A stretch of 62,649 nucleotides of DNA, the filler included, from Choristocarpus tenellus KU-1152 (Eukaryota > Protista > Phaeophyceae): the NCBI GenBank assembly GCA_964200185.2. It is 13 parts of 13 records of this genome, joined end to end, with 100 filler letters (N's around TTAATTAATTAA, not from the genome) between each part and the next. Parts side by side here need not be neighbours in the genome. Positions count along the whole stretch, not along the records: positions 1 to 3,945 come from CAXNAD020017006.1; positions 4,046 to 11,756 come from CAXNAD020005707.1; positions 11,857 to 16,723 come from CAXNAD020012731.1; 10 more parts are not named here. One strand, written 5' to 3'. Below, piece by piece: positions 1-12,618 of the stretch (its first letter is position 1; each line of letters opens with the position of its first letter). The notes under the pieces are model-generated. The model saw only the letters and a list, made by a program, of their open reading frames with translations, was not told the origin of the DNA and made no database searches. The translations under genes were made by a program, and so were the position numbers.

Positions 1-19
1 CGCGACATACAACACCCCA

Positions 20-57
<38 letters not shown>

Positions 58-284
58 CAACAACAACAACAAAAGTAAATAAAAAACAAAGAACGAGAAA
101 AAAAGCTACACACCGTATAAATAAGATAAATAAAAACTAAACAGACGAAAAATAAAATTGCGAGTCGATACACAGAAATAAAATAAATAAAAAATGAACA
201 AAAAAACAAATTACATATTTTTCAACACCAGCGCTGTGTGACCGACATACGATCCCCCCCCCCCCCCCCCCCCTCCCCACTCAC

Positions 285-3271
285 AGTGATACTGTTCTGC
301 ATCGCAAATTCACACTTCTTTGTGAGTGCATCCACCAAGTACTGATCCGCCACACTCCACAAGTCAAGCACAAACTCCAGTTCAACCGTATCCGGGCCTA
401 GCAGTGACACCTTATCAATGGCGATATCAATTCATACAATTGATACAATAGCAGAGATGCACGTGGGCATTGCATAGACAGAGAGGTCAAATAAAAGGTC
501 TGTAATGGAAGGTTTTTAAGCGAGGACGATGCCCTAAAAACAAAATTGAGGGATGTTCAGATTAATACAAAGTTATTTCTTAACAAAAGGTTAAGCAAGT
601 CCAACGACATCAAAACTGAGGGACGTCCAGGTTAATACAAAAGTTATTTTTTAACAAAAGGTTAAGCAAGGACAATGACATCGAAACTGAGGGATGTCCA
701 GGTTAATACAAGTTATTTTTTAACAAAAAGTTAATCGAGTCCAATGACATCAAAACTGAGGGGCATGATGCAAATACCTTCGGGAATCTTGATAGGTCAA
801 ACAAAACAAAACAAAAGCCTAAAAAGAGATATCCCATCATTCTCATTCATTCTCATCGGTTCAATGTGAAGCAAACACCTATTCCACTGGTTCAAAATAT
901 ATTCCCGGGGGGAGGGCGGGGGCGGGGCGGGTGAGCCGCTTCCATTTTCGAAAAAAAACAATTTTTGTTTTTTGCTCTCGCAGTTCCACCACCATTTTGA
1001 ATTCAAAATCTGCACCATACCATTCTTAAAATAAAAAAATAAATTATAAAAAATAAATAGCAAACAGTAATAAATAATAAACAACCGTACCCGTGAACAG
1101 GCGGCTCGTTGATGCACAGGACCAGCAACACGTCAACACGTCAACACAAAATATATATATATATATGAAAAAAATAAATATATATATATATGAAAACAAT
1201 GTATGAAAAAATATATATTTTCAAGCATTCGCGTATCCACTTCCCCATCTCTGTCTACTACTCTTACATAAGAACCTTAAAAAAATAGTAGTAATAGTGG
1301 TAACAATAATAACAATAATAGTAGCAATAACAGCATAATAATAATAATAATAGTAACGATAATGATAATGAATCATCGATCCCAACAACAGTCGTATCTT
1401 TAACAAAATGATATTTTTCATACGCATCTCAAAAAAAAATTTATGACTAATAATAAAAAAACATAGAAAAGCTATATATAAGGCGACGTAAAACGGTCAA
1501 CTTACCAAAAACAAAAATTCCTCGAGAGGATAGCATCCTTCTATACTGCAATCATGGAAAGCAATATAAAAAAAAATAATAATAATAAAAACAATGACAA
1601 TTAACAATAATAATAATACAATTAATAATAATAAAATTAATAATAACATTCTACACTACCGATCCAAACATGTTCACCACTGCATATCCCTCACACACTC
1701 AAAAGGCACTCGCCTTATCAGTGTAGAGGAACTCCATGAGCGCCAGGAAGACAATGTGCCTGTGGTTGGGTACAGGTATAACGGATGAGGTAACCCCCTC
1801 TCTCATCGGACCCTCCAGCATACGTTCCAATGGCTCACATCTTGCCGTGATAATACACCTGTCCATAAACACATAAACACATAAACACATGAACATAAAC
1901 ATAAACATAAACGCACATAAATACATGAACATAAATTTGCCTATGCATAAACATAAATGTGCATAAACATAAACGCACATAAGCACAAATGTGCATAAAC
2001 ATAAAACATAAATGTGGATGAACATAAATTTGCACAAACATAAACACATACATATAAATATAAATGCACATAAACAAAAAAACACACGTAAGAGACCGAA
2101 TCAAAGTGTGCCATCAAATTATTTATTATATTTATTTAATAAATAGACTACAGAGTAGTAAAATACAAAAATAAAAAATAAAAACAGATATCACACATAA
2201 TAAATATATTTTGTTGCAATATTTTTCAAACTGTATTGATGTTCATACGCCCATCCATCTGTGCTTTCTATTCCTACTTGCACATCACTGAACTTCAACT
2301 TGAAACCTGGGTGAACATATTTACTTTACGCCCCTGACCATTAACCCTAACCCTAACCCTAACCATTAACAAACATTAACAAACATTAACAAAAAATGGT
2401 CTCAAAAACTCACCAAATGTTTATTTTCTCCCTGTGCGACTTCCACTGTCCAACAGCATCACTCCTTATCATGCCACATTCAATAGTTTTATTCTATATA
2501 CGCATATATTATTAATAATAATGATACTACCATTATCATTCTGTATGTACATATATTATTAATAATAATGATACTACCATCATCATTCTACAAGTATAAT
2601 ATTACTACCAATGATATTAGTATTATTATTCTATTCACACGCACATATTGTTCATAATAATGATACTACCATCATCATTCTACAAGTAAGTATATCACTA
2701 ATAATAATAAAATTCCCAATATAATTCTGTACGCACACATATTACTACTAGAAACATCTATATTATTACTCTATACGTGTATTACCAGTACCAATAACAT
2801 TACCGATATTACTCTATACATACATACAATATAATTAACAGCAACATTGCCATTACTATTTCAGCAATCACCACAACAACACTAAAGAGTTAGGTACACC
2901 CTAACCCTAACCCCCAACGACCGATGTAACTACCAACAAATCGCGGTGCTTGTGCGTGTTCCTTTCCTGTTCCTGGAACAATCCAAGAAACCCAACCTTC
3001 AGGAGCGTCCTGAATTGAAACATACAACAAATATATATATATATATATACATATATACCTATCTATGAGACTACAAGAGCATGCACATATGACAGCAATC
3101 ACACACAGACCTGTGGCCGTATATAGGTCTTCCCTCCACCATGAACGTGACATCACTCCTGGAGGGATTGTTCACCAACCCCTTTAGATCAGAGCTGAGT
3201 GTCTTTGTCTCACGAGGGCTGATAAACGGGGGCCCCACCAAGCAGAACGTGTGATAGAAACCTGCCACTAC
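285..3271 (-). CDS. RCC1-repeat + BTB/POZ domain protein (RCBTB-like), partial, three exons
   Basis: Exons 3271-3111, 1858-1714 and 410-285 join in phase. They read VVAGFYHTFCLV (RCC1 repeat end) ...LSSDLKGLVNNPSRSDVTFMVEGRPIYGHRCIITARCEPLERMLEGPMREG...FLALMEFLYTDK|VSLLGPDTVELEFVLDLWSVADQYLVDALTKKCE (BTB signature). AG acceptors; donors GT, GC, GT. Confidence 0.88.
540..765. repeat. Intronic tandem repeat, ~70-bp unit, ~3 copies
   Basis: Unit aaaactgagggatgtccaggttaatacaaagttattttttaacaaaaggttaagcaagtccaatgacatc recurs with small changes. Confidence 0.9.
1862..2075. repeat. Degenerate (ACATAA)n minisatellite in intron
   Basis: Repeated acataa/acataaacac units directly next to the acceptor of the BTB exon. 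Confidence 0.85.
2500..2690. repeat. Degenerate AT-rich tandem repeat
   Basis: catatattattaataataatgatactaccatcatcattct occurs three times with variants. Confidence 0.75.
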
Positions 3272-3945
3272 CTATAGAGGCGTTTCAGCAGGAGCATAGA
3301 TGCGGGGAGGGGGGGAGAGGAGGAGGGGGGGAAGGGGGGAAGGGGGGAAGGGGGAGGGGGTGGTGGTGGAGGGTTTGGTGGTCAGTGTATAACAGGATTA
3401 TGATTAAATTTTTTTTTGAGGTAGAACGAAGAAATTGGAAAGAAGAAAAAATAATTTGATGACAGAGTTGGACCTGATGCGATGCGCCTTGCAAAAAAGG
3501 TTCTCTGTGTGTGTGTGTGTGTGTGTGCTTTCCCAAGTGTATATTTTATATTTATTTTATTAAGTTCTTTCTGAAAGTCGCACTCAAAAAGAAAAAAAAA
3601 AATTCACTATCTAAAGTTTTCTACCCCTGTTGTGGGGGGGAGGGGGGGGGAGGGGGAGGGGATTCGTATCAAATTTTTTGGAACATGCTCTCCAGTATTC
3701 CATTAAAATACATACACAGATACGATGTTATAGGACTCTAGGTGTCTTAGATCAGTTTAACATAAAAAGGTCAAGTATCTTACACCGACACTACGAGGTA
3801 CAAGATCCCGGGGATAATGCACCACCAGAGGTACACCAAAAATATATATTTATCGTCTATTTTGTACATACATCCTTAAACCAACCCCACACCCAAAAAA
3901 AAAAAAAAAATAACAAAAAAAAAAAATAAAACAACAAAAAAAAAA

Positions 3946-4045
3946 NNNNNNNNNNNNNNNNNNNNNNNNNNNNNNNNNNNNNNNNNNNNTTAATTAATTA
4001 ANNNNNNNNNNNNNNNNNNNNNNNNNNNNNNNNNNNNNNNNNNNN
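3946..4045. other. Artificial contig spacer (first of 12)
   Basis: 44 N + TTAATTAATTAA + 44 N. Identical spacers start at 11757, 16724, 19539, 25190, 28027, 39184, 42434, 45360, 53026, 56137 and 58830. Confidence 0.98.
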
Positions 4046-4130
4046 AAAATATCCGGGGGGGGTGGCGGCTGTCCATTTGGGGTCAGTGTTTCCATGTCGC
4101 AATTTTTGTGTGATTTGGTTGCATACGTCG
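4046..4130 (+). mobile_element. MITE family B, truncated copy
   Basis: aaaatatcc-polyG-tggcggctgtccatttggggtc...gatttggttgcatacgtcgg matches the left half of family B. Confidence 0.8.
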
Positions 4131-4824
4131 GCTGCAAAAGCATATTTCGAAGGGGTTCGTTTTTTTTTCTTCAACACTCCTGGATTAAATATATAATACG
4201 TTATTCAGACAAACCTGGTCAATTTGGGTCTGGTCCGACCCCCCAGGTCTAATACATTCCCACCAAGAGGGGATGCAAACAATACCATGCTTGCATGCAG
4301 TGACTCGAGGGGAGGGTGGGGAGCAAGGCATTGGAGGGTTGTGCTACTTCAATGAAAAAATAAACAGTTGCCGCTGCTTGGTCACCCGCCTGCTACTAGC
4401 ACATGTACATAAAATATCAACGCCTATTGGTGTGTCCTAGATGTCTGTGGTTGGAGGTAGAAACTCAGGCGGACCCCAAGTTTTATTATACACATATGGG
4501 AATGAACATGCTTTTATAATTCCTGCGTGCTGAATATGCTCTGGTAGTCAGAATTTTATTAACGGAGACCTCACTGGGTAGTCTCTGTACCATCTCATTA
4601 ATGTTTGACCCCACCCAGTTACTGCTACAGGCACGCTCCAGAAACTTACCTCCACAGGATAGGTAGCTCCAATTCACATATTAACGAACGTCAGCTCAGC
4701 AGAATAGGGGTACTCTCAATGAATCCTAGCATAAGAAAATGTATGTTCTTCCATATCAATAAGAGTGTTTAAGTAGTGTCTCTAGGTCAGAAAAACTGAG
4801 CTGTTTGGAGCCGTTTTTAGGATC

Positions 4825-5082
4825 GAATGAAAGTATCTTAGAGGGTACGAGTTTTGCCCTTTTTGTCCATTTGGGTCTTGACTTTCCATGGATTCTTTAT
4901 GCCGTTTTCTTACTCCAAAATGTTTGGGAGTAGGTAAAATGTATACGTTATGAAAAGGTGTGTCCGGAGCATGGATATTGACACTTCCTAACAAACACGA
5001 TACCCACAATTATATCAAAATCGCAACATCGGATTTTGGACCCCAAGTGGACGCGGCTCTACCCTCTAAGATACTTTGACTC
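4825..5082 (+). mobile_element. MITE family A (~256-260 bp), full copy, 3-bp TSD ATC
   Basis: TIRs gaatgaaagtatcttagagggta ... taccctctaagatactttgactc, flanked by atc/atc. Close match to copies at 9693, 16170, 24464 and 41207. Confidence 0.92.
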
Positions 5083-5470
5083 ATCTCTTATCATCATTTA
5101 TCGTTAGAGCTTCTTTGGTTTGCAGACATTGGAATATATCTGAGAACCTTTGCGAGTTTTCCATCTGGGAACCCTTGCAACTTTCCCGAGTTACAGATTT
5201 TATTCTGCAACTTTTTAGCAAATCGGAGTTCCCCCTTTTGGGGTTCCCCAAGCGCATACACGGCTTGCGTCGGTTAAAGTACGAGAAGAAATACTCGCGC
5301 TATTCGCCTGTAACATTACATTTCCTTTTTGGGGGATATCTAACATAACTTTTGCAGCCCCGATGAAGAAGCACTTTTTTGCCACATGTTCATATTTAAT
5401 GGGTGTATTGTGCAGACACTAAAAGGTTGCCCACCAAAATCTCAAGCAAAATGGGGCAGCCTACACCTAT

Positions 5471-6600
5471 CTATGATTCTCCCCCTGAAGATAACTCCAT
5501 TCCAGCATGGAATTTCGTCACACCCTCCACGGCATTTAGAGGGAGCTTGCCCACATTCTCAGTCTGTTCCTTGCTAAGTTGGGAGAATTTGAAGGCATTG
5601 TCACCCTTGGACCCCAGCACTTCATCACAAACTGCGAAGAGGGTCTGCCAGACGCGCTCAGGCACCTCCCAGGGGTACACACATTGAACACCTTCTTTGT
5701 GGCCTCCACCAGCTCCTCTGTGTTTCTCACCCCCGTGGCTTCCTTCAGCTGTTGGGTGGAATGAAAGAATCCCAGGTCGCTGACGTTGAGGTCAGGTGTG
5801 TTAATTGGCAGGGTCTCTATGAAAATGATGTCCCCCATCACCTCCTGGATTACCTCCATGATCCCCCCCTTGGTGTGTGGCATTTTCCCATCGACCTGCA
5901 CGAAGATGATGTGTCCTTCTGGCCTAAGCATGTGGACTTTGATTGCTGGGATGACATCCTCGATCATGACCTTCTAATACCTCTCCCCGCCCACTGTGAC
6001 TGGCACTCGCACCTTGGTGCCCTTGGGGCAGTGTTTACTGGAGCACTGAGTGACCTTAGTGTCCATGATTGAACAGATCCCGATTTTCCCATCGAACCAC
6101 ACTCCATTGGAGAGCTTCCTAGGGCGGGTCCAGCTGCAAGGAACATGTACCCAGTCATGCAGATCGTCCACAAATACCGCACTTCCCCCCTTCCTGTGCG
6201 TGTAGCTGAAGATGAGACCCACCCTGTTGATTGTCTACTGGTCTGAGAGGAGTGGATTAATCCACCACTTGACGTTCTTCAACTTCTCGCGCTTGCACAG
6301 ACCCCACAACGAGGCAAGGGAGACCCCAGCTTTGGCTGCCCATTTGCGGAAGGATATGCAGTGTACCGATGGGATATCCCAAACATTGAGGATACTTGTA
6401 CAGCGACCACATCACCTCTTGCGACATTGTAAAAAGGGTCCATGCATTCATCCTGTGCGATCTGGCTGTCACACTCCTTCAGATGATGGAACACAGGAAT
6501 GCAGGAAGTTCCGAAATCCTAAGCAATGGCCATCACCATCCGCTGAGGCACCCAAGTCTGGCGCCCTCTCGTCTCAAGGCATCGTACCACCACACTGTTC
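5471..6600 (-). pseudogene. Decayed Tc1/mariner transposase, plant-mariner (DD39D/GT clade)-like
   Basis: Frameshifted fragments: WWINPLLSDQ..NRV, FVDDLHDWVHV, PRKLSNGVWFDGKIG, SSKHCPKGT, VIPAIK, QVDGKMPH, PINTPDLNVSDLGFFHSTQQ, VWQTLFAVCDEVLGSKGDNAFK...GKLP. The first catalytic DEKWF segment is deleted. The 5' boundary is approximate. Confidence 0.88.
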
Positions 6601-8029
6601 TTTATGGGGGAGTTTGAGCCTGAATCCTGGACAGACTTCTGGGTCGAATATTTTGGGACCGATGGGCAACAAGAGGATGAGCAATTTGCTTGAACAACGT
6701 AGGACCCTTTGTCCTGTGTATCCCAATAAAAGCCCACTTTGACAGTTCCACAAGGTTTTTGAACCCCATCAAATTCAATTTGGTCAACTTTGTAATGGTG
6801 ATCCTCCACAGTCATGACAGCCCATCGTCTCAAACTTTGCACCCCTCCCAATCCATATGAGAACTAAGCCCCATGCAGAGATTTTGTCACGTGGGTCGTT
6901 CCTGGGCGAGAACTGAGCGTGCAAGTTGATGTTACATTTAATTCAGTACAGAGGAAGGAAAATGCAAAATGTCACAGCGTTCCTCAGGGTGCCGATTTCC
7001 AAGTTCGCAGAAAGTGGGGAATTTCCAAGACAGTCAGCGACTCACCCAAAACAGAGAAAACGTCCCCATTCCAAATCCTGAAGACATTGCTTCAAATGCA
7101 TTATTATTACCATGGAAATAAAACTAACACTAGGTCACACTACTTCTATCCTACCTACTCTAGAGTAATTCGGAACAATCTGGCATGGAAATACATTTGT
7201 GCTCGTTGGGAGGTAACCAGCGAGTGCTGTAAAATTATCTGATGGTTAGCAAATATTTATCAACCACCTGAAGGCGTACCGATCTAATATTGATATGTAT
7301 ACTGTTATCTTCACTTCATTCCAAGAGCTATCTGGACTGGTAGTGAAGGGCACTACCTAACACACTACTTCTCATTGTAATCACTTAGTGGAACTAACTA
7401 TTGGAATACGTCTCATTGGACTGCTTCTATCCAGGCATTGCTTCTTGCAGGTTGGGTTCGACCATTCCAAACCTTGCTGCCCCACCTCATCCAAATGTTG
7501 TACTAGATCGGCCTTGGTGTCGCACAGCAATGAAGTGTTACAACTTTGTTCTTGTTCTGGCGTTTTTTTCGTATAGCTTGACCTCGCATTTCATTACACT
7601 ATTGTTCAGAAGTACGATCCTTCACATTTGAGGGGGGGAAAATGGTATAGGTATGACAGGAAACCAAGAGAAACTCTACTGCAGTGCATTAACAGCCAAT
7701 ACTTGGCATAGGACGTCATTAGTATAACACATCACCAGGTCCTAAGGGGAAAAAAGTGAAAAAATTACAAAATTCCAGTGGCACACTGGGTCTATCCAGT
7801 CTGAACAAACATGTCACCATGTATCACCTGAAGTAAGGGAAGAGGGACACAAGAATAGTCAACCCCAAGAAAGAGAGAGAGAGGATGACAAAGGTGGCAC
7901 TCAGCAGACAGTGGCAAGCGTGCTTGGGCTGTCTTAAGCTGTTTGCTTTTGCTGTAGCCTGATGTACATCAGCTATCACATCTTCCCTGAATGACACTCA
8001 TCCACGAAGCCCGGAGTTACACACTAATA

Positions 8030-8190
8030 CTACCTCATGTTGATATTTTTGCCTTCGTGCTCTATCCCTTGGCCTTGATCCCAGACTTCTTAATGTCGTC
8101 TTGTAGGCACCTTCTTCCGTTTTTCTATTTGCAAGTTCCATGACAATCAACTCCATTGGGAGTCTCTCATCCCCCATAGATAGGATAGGA
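8030..8190 (-). mobile_element. Possible RTE-type LINE 3' end remnant
   Basis: LSMGDERLPMELIVMELANRK...LRSLG...RDRAR resembles the RM.D.RLPK....GEL..G.R C-terminal tail of RTE-clade ORFs. Confidence 0.4.
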
Positions 8191-8618
8191 CAAATGCACA
8201 ATGCATAGTGTTTACCACATGGACTTTTAATCATCGAGATAAAATTTCCATGAAGAACTCTGGCGTAGATGGGGCTCAAACCTGCAAAACGTATGAAGGG
8301 AACAGCCTCCTAATAATTTTCTTACCTGCTTCACATTAGTCTGGGGATTTTTACCACCCCGTGGTCAGAGGCTCGATGCCACACACTGCACTATGACTAA
8401 TTGTACTGCCTCTGTCCCTCTTTCTTCTTGTACGTTGGGTTCAGGACTCCCACTGTGCATCATCTCCTCTGTCGAATTTTTTCTCCAACTGCCAATCCTC
8501 CCTGCCTCGAAGTTTCCACCCTCGATCTTTGTCAGAACTCCTGTTGTGTAACCACATACAAGATGGTAGAGATGTGGAATCCGTTGTGCTTTCCATCCAT
8601 GTGGAATTGGATAATCGA

Positions 8619-8734
8619 AACCAGATTTCCTTGCAAAGAAGTTCGTGAGCCTCCAAAAGCACAACACTGGGCGGGGATTGAACCCAAATGTTCAGCTTCA
8701 CAAGCGTACGCCATACCAGTTGGACACCGAAGGC
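8619..8734 (-). mobile_element. tRNA-derived SINE-like head
   Basis: Minus strand reads GCCTTCGGTGTCCAACTGG (A box-like) ... GGTTCAATCCC (B box), then GGAAATCTGGTT, which is shared with the head at 20140. No intact acceptor stem. Confidence 0.6.
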
Positions 8735-9375
8735 ATTTTCTTACTATACCTTGGGAATAGGAATCAATGTACTTCCAATCAATTTAAATCTCCTAAACAA
8801 ACAAGAATTTGGATTTAGTAGTGGACCTGAAACGAGACAGTGTTGTATTGTTAGTTTCCAAATAGTACATATTTTTGGGAGGTGTCTAACATTGGTGACA
8901 GCTGTTGTATTTACAGTAGTCCTTGTGATCTAGCTTTTTGGGTTTTTTTCACACATCTGCAAAATGTAACGGGGCATAATAATATATACTGAAGGTCGTA
9001 TTACAGGAGACTTCAGTCGTCAAAAGATAGGTCACCTCTTTATAGCACAGTACGATCCCACATGAAATCGATGAAGGTGCACGCCGTTCTATTCTAACTG
9101 ATAAATATATACTGGAGAATATCGTGCATCATACATCTCCGCCCACTTCCAATCACTCCTTAGTACCCAACCTTTAGAAAGGACATCGTGGTATTATTTG
9201 GTTTATAGTTTATTTTAGGAATGTCTTAAAATTGACAATTGATGTATTTCCAATATTTTTTGTAATATAGTGTTTTGATTTTCCTTGACATACAATTATG
9301 TATTGGGGATTTTTCAGGATTAGAGCATGGCCGGCGAAAAGAACACCCCTTAAATCCTTAGTCGCTTGTAGTGTT

Positions 9376-9511
9376 GAGCCAAAGTACCGTAGAGGGTAGA
9401 GCTGTGAGTATTTGGGGGCCAAATTCCAATGTTGTGATTTTGTTGTAATTTGGCTATCGTACTTGTTAGGAAGTGTCAATATCCTTGTTCCAGGCACCTT
9501 TTTATAACGTA
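9376..9511 (-). mobile_element. MITE family A, truncated copy
   Basis: gagccaaagtaccgtagagggtagagc...ttgttaggaagtgtcaatatccttgttcc matches one half of family A. Confidence 0.8.
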
Positions 9512-9692
9512 ACTGTTGGCACACAAATTGACATGAGGCAAAAAAGCCTTAAACCTCCATGAGCCTCAGACAGATCCGTACTCATGAATAAGTTGTGAGT
9601 TGTGGGTAAGGACAACTTGTGACGAAAGAACTATTACTAGGTTGTGTAGTTCTCTGGCATCTGATACCTTCAGGCACACTTCTACTTGTATT

Positions 9693-9950
9693 GGGTCAAA
9701 ATATCTTAAGAGGGTAGAACCGCGTCCGTTTTGAGACCATAGCCAATGTTGCGATTTTGATGTAATTTTGGTTATCTTGTTTGTTAGGAAGTGTCAATAT
9801 CCTTGTTCCAGACACACATTTTCGTTACGTATACATTTATCTACTATGTAATATTTCGGAGCAGGTAAAATGTCATAAAAAACCCGTGGGAAGCCAAGTC
9901 CCAAACGGACAAACAGGGCAAAACTCCTACCCTCTAAGATACTTTCACTC
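9693..9950 (-). mobile_element. MITE family A, full copy, 3-bp TSD ATT
   Basis: att|gggtcaaaatatcttaagagggtag ... taccctctaagatactttcactc|att. Confidence 0.92.
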
Positions 9951-10232
9951 ATTGTGACTTTATCAAATATAAACCAACCTTTTTAGTTATTCTCAATAAA
10001 TTTAACTGAAGTCGATTGAACTGTCACGGTTTAAACGGAACGTTTTTGTATTGAATACATGTAGCACTGGAGTACTTGTATGGAAGAAACGGATACCTGC
10101 TGCATGTTTGCCCTTCGACCCAACATCATCTGGATTTGTGGCCTGTGGTCTACCCAGACATGAGAACAAAAAAAAAACTATGGCTCTTTGCTACCAATAC
10201 CAAAAGTCTATCCGTTTGTGCTTTGCCATCAG

Positions 10233-11066
10233 GTGTGCTTCAGGAGGAGCAGGATATACAGGGGGTTAACCTTCAAGTTAGTCATGCTTGTTGTCAGGGT
10301 AAGTGTATGGATCCTAGCATCAATTATTTGTACTGTTGGTATGGGCATTGTCATGCCGATACTATATACACTGCTATGGTTTCGGGGGGTGGTTAGCATC
10401 ATTCAATGGTGCTATTGGAGGCTGACTGAGAGGAAGAGAGGCACACATCGAAAAGATTGTTCAGGAATCTATTCGTCGAGGGAAATATGGTCTGATTGGG
10501 AGGAATCCCAAATGAATGCAGTGAAATGTTTTCTGAAGGAGATGTCACAGTTTGATATCAGACCCTTCCTACAAAGGACTGCTGGTCTGAAGCTTGCAAA
10601 CCTGCCTGAGAGCATTGAGGACCCCTTCATGAATAAAGTTGTGAGTGAATGGAGTGGAGTTTTAAAATACGTTAAATGTGGACCTGACCCAACCCTTGCC
10701 AAATTGTATATATTCCCAGCTGCATGTATTTATGTGTTGTAGAGCACTACATAGTATGAACTTGACATAGTAACATTATTATACCAAGTACTGCTTTGCT
10801 TCTTGTGATATGAAAAATTGACTGTTTTTGAATTTTTCTACCTCTCCCAAATTGTTCCGTATATATTCTCTCTTTCACAATAATATGTACAGGGCAACCT
10901 TTGGGAGGGTGAGAGCAGTAGTCGGGGCTTGACCGTTGAGCATCTCCGAATGTACAGGGAGTACGCCAAGCAAGACCTGAATGACGAAGTCAACAGAGTC
11001 GTGATGTTATTGAGTCGAGCCGAACACTCTCATGGAGTTGAGAGAGAGATTTCGTGCCCTTTCTAA
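10233..11066 (+). CDS. Hypothetical membrane protein, last two exons
   Basis: Exon 10233-10640 (cag|GTG...GTT|gtgagt) encodes hydrophobic segments LVMLVVRVSVWILASIICTVGMGIVMPILYTLLWF. Exon 10893-11066 (cag|GGC...TAA) joins in phase 0 and ends in a stop. Family not recognised. Confidence 0.65.
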
Positions 11067-12471
11067 AATTGAAGACGCCACCATTGCTTCTTCTGTTCTG
11101 TAAATATTTTCTGCACTTGCTACATATTCTACCCACCTCTATTCTGGGTGGCCCATTAATCCACTGGATTTTTTGTCACAATTTGGAGGCCCTCTTTTTA
11201 GCAGTATTGTAGGTCACCAGCCTTCAAGAAGGGCCTATTCACCTCACTCATAGACAAAAAAAGTTCTTAGATGGCCTTGAAGTTTTTTAGTGAAAAATTC
11301 ACTAAGGGGCCTGCAGTATTGCAATTGTAGTAATGAAAGGTTCTCACAGTAAATAATCGATGTATTTTTGTTATGTCCTTTTGTTTTCGAAGAGGAATGT
11401 GCAGATGACCATGCATGTTATTGGAATATACTCCAGAGTGTATATGAAAGCAGATGGCGATATTCACAGTTGTCGGTAACATCAAAACGTCGGTGATCAA
11501 GTACACAGTGCATTCAATCCTTCTGACAGTTTTCAAATAGTACCGGCAAAGCAAAGTTCATTGTTTAATAAAGGCGAAACAATAGTCACCAAGAGACCTC
11601 AATTGTACTGCGTAGATGACCTGAATCTATCCAATCAACTCCGTCAATAGAGTGCGTTTATATCTAGGGCTGAGTCCTAGGCATTTAACAGCCGATTTCA
11701 AAAATTGAGGATGGAGCTTTTCATTGAGGATGGGCTTGACCCAAAATTGACTGGGANNNNNNNNNNNNNNNNNNNNNNNNNNNNNNNNNNNNNNNNNNNN
11801 TTAATTAATTAANNNNNNNNNNNNNNNNNNNNNNNNNNNNNNNNNNNNNNNNNNNNAAGAAAAGGTATGAAAGATGAAAAAAGAAGAAGAAGAGGGGTGA
11901 GAGGGGGAGGAAGTGGAAAGAAGAGGTAGTACATGGGTTTGTTGTTATTGGCGGTGAGATGAGGTAGCATACATTAATTTCTCTGTTCAGTTTTGAGCAT
12001 ACCATAGACATACCATAGATGAACATTGTTCCTTTAGTGCACTAGCTAGATGTAATAATGTTTTCTGATTATGACTTAGCTCTGGAGGGAGTTATGAGTT
12101 GGGCTAAGTGAAGTATGATGAGGGGTGTGAGACATCTTTCCTCGAGAGTGTGGGGCAGATGGTGATGTGCTCTTTCTTCATGTTGGGGTTCCTTCCCTCC
12201 CCTGTGCTTACTCTATGGTTACACTCTGAAACCCTAACCCCACCCTTATCACCCAACAAGATCTCCCTTTTACGAAATGTGGTGTGGTGTGCGGTATTGT
12301 TGTATTATCTGTAAGCACTCCCTTGAGACAGGCTTGTTGAAGTTAGTATGTACACATCCAAAGAAAGGAGTCTCAAGCACAAAGATCACTGCTTGTGTGC
12401 CTCTACACATTTCATACATCAAAATATCAGTTTTGCATCTCCTGTGTGTTTGTGGTTACGTGAGTGCCCAG

Positions 12472-12618
12472 ATGGTTGCCGGAGCCTCTGCCCCTGGACA
12501 AGACTACAACTCTATTGAGGTTGGTGAGGTGGACGTGGGCCTGACCATCGCCATTGGAGGGGCACCAAAAGCAATCCCCAGACTGCCCATCATGGTCGCT
12601 GACCTGCCTGGATTCCAG
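12472..12618 (+). CDS. Isolated internal exon, possibly of a retropepsin-like aspartyl protease domain protein
   Basis: cag|ATG...CAG|gtgagg, 49 open codons: MVAGASAPGQDYNSIEVGEVDVGLTIAIGGAPKAIPRLPIMVADLPGFQ. The product call rests only on the V.DLP.F resemblance. Confidence 0.5.

Noticed and set aside
540-765. CRISPR-like array
   Set aside because: Whole 70-bp units repeat with no unique spacers, there are no cas genes, and the context is a eukaryotic intron.
1699-2104. Hydrophobic M/F/C/Y-rich ORFs
   Set aside because: Minisatellite translation. Only 1858-1714 is a BTB exon.
3946-4045. Recurrent TTAATTAATTAA motif as a biological repeat
   Set aside because: Always centred in an identical 100-bp N block. 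It is a six-frame stop linker added when contigs were concatenated.
8665-8734. Functional tRNA-His gene
   Set aside because: A/B boxes and a GTG triplet are present, but the acceptor stem does not pair. It fits a SINE head better.
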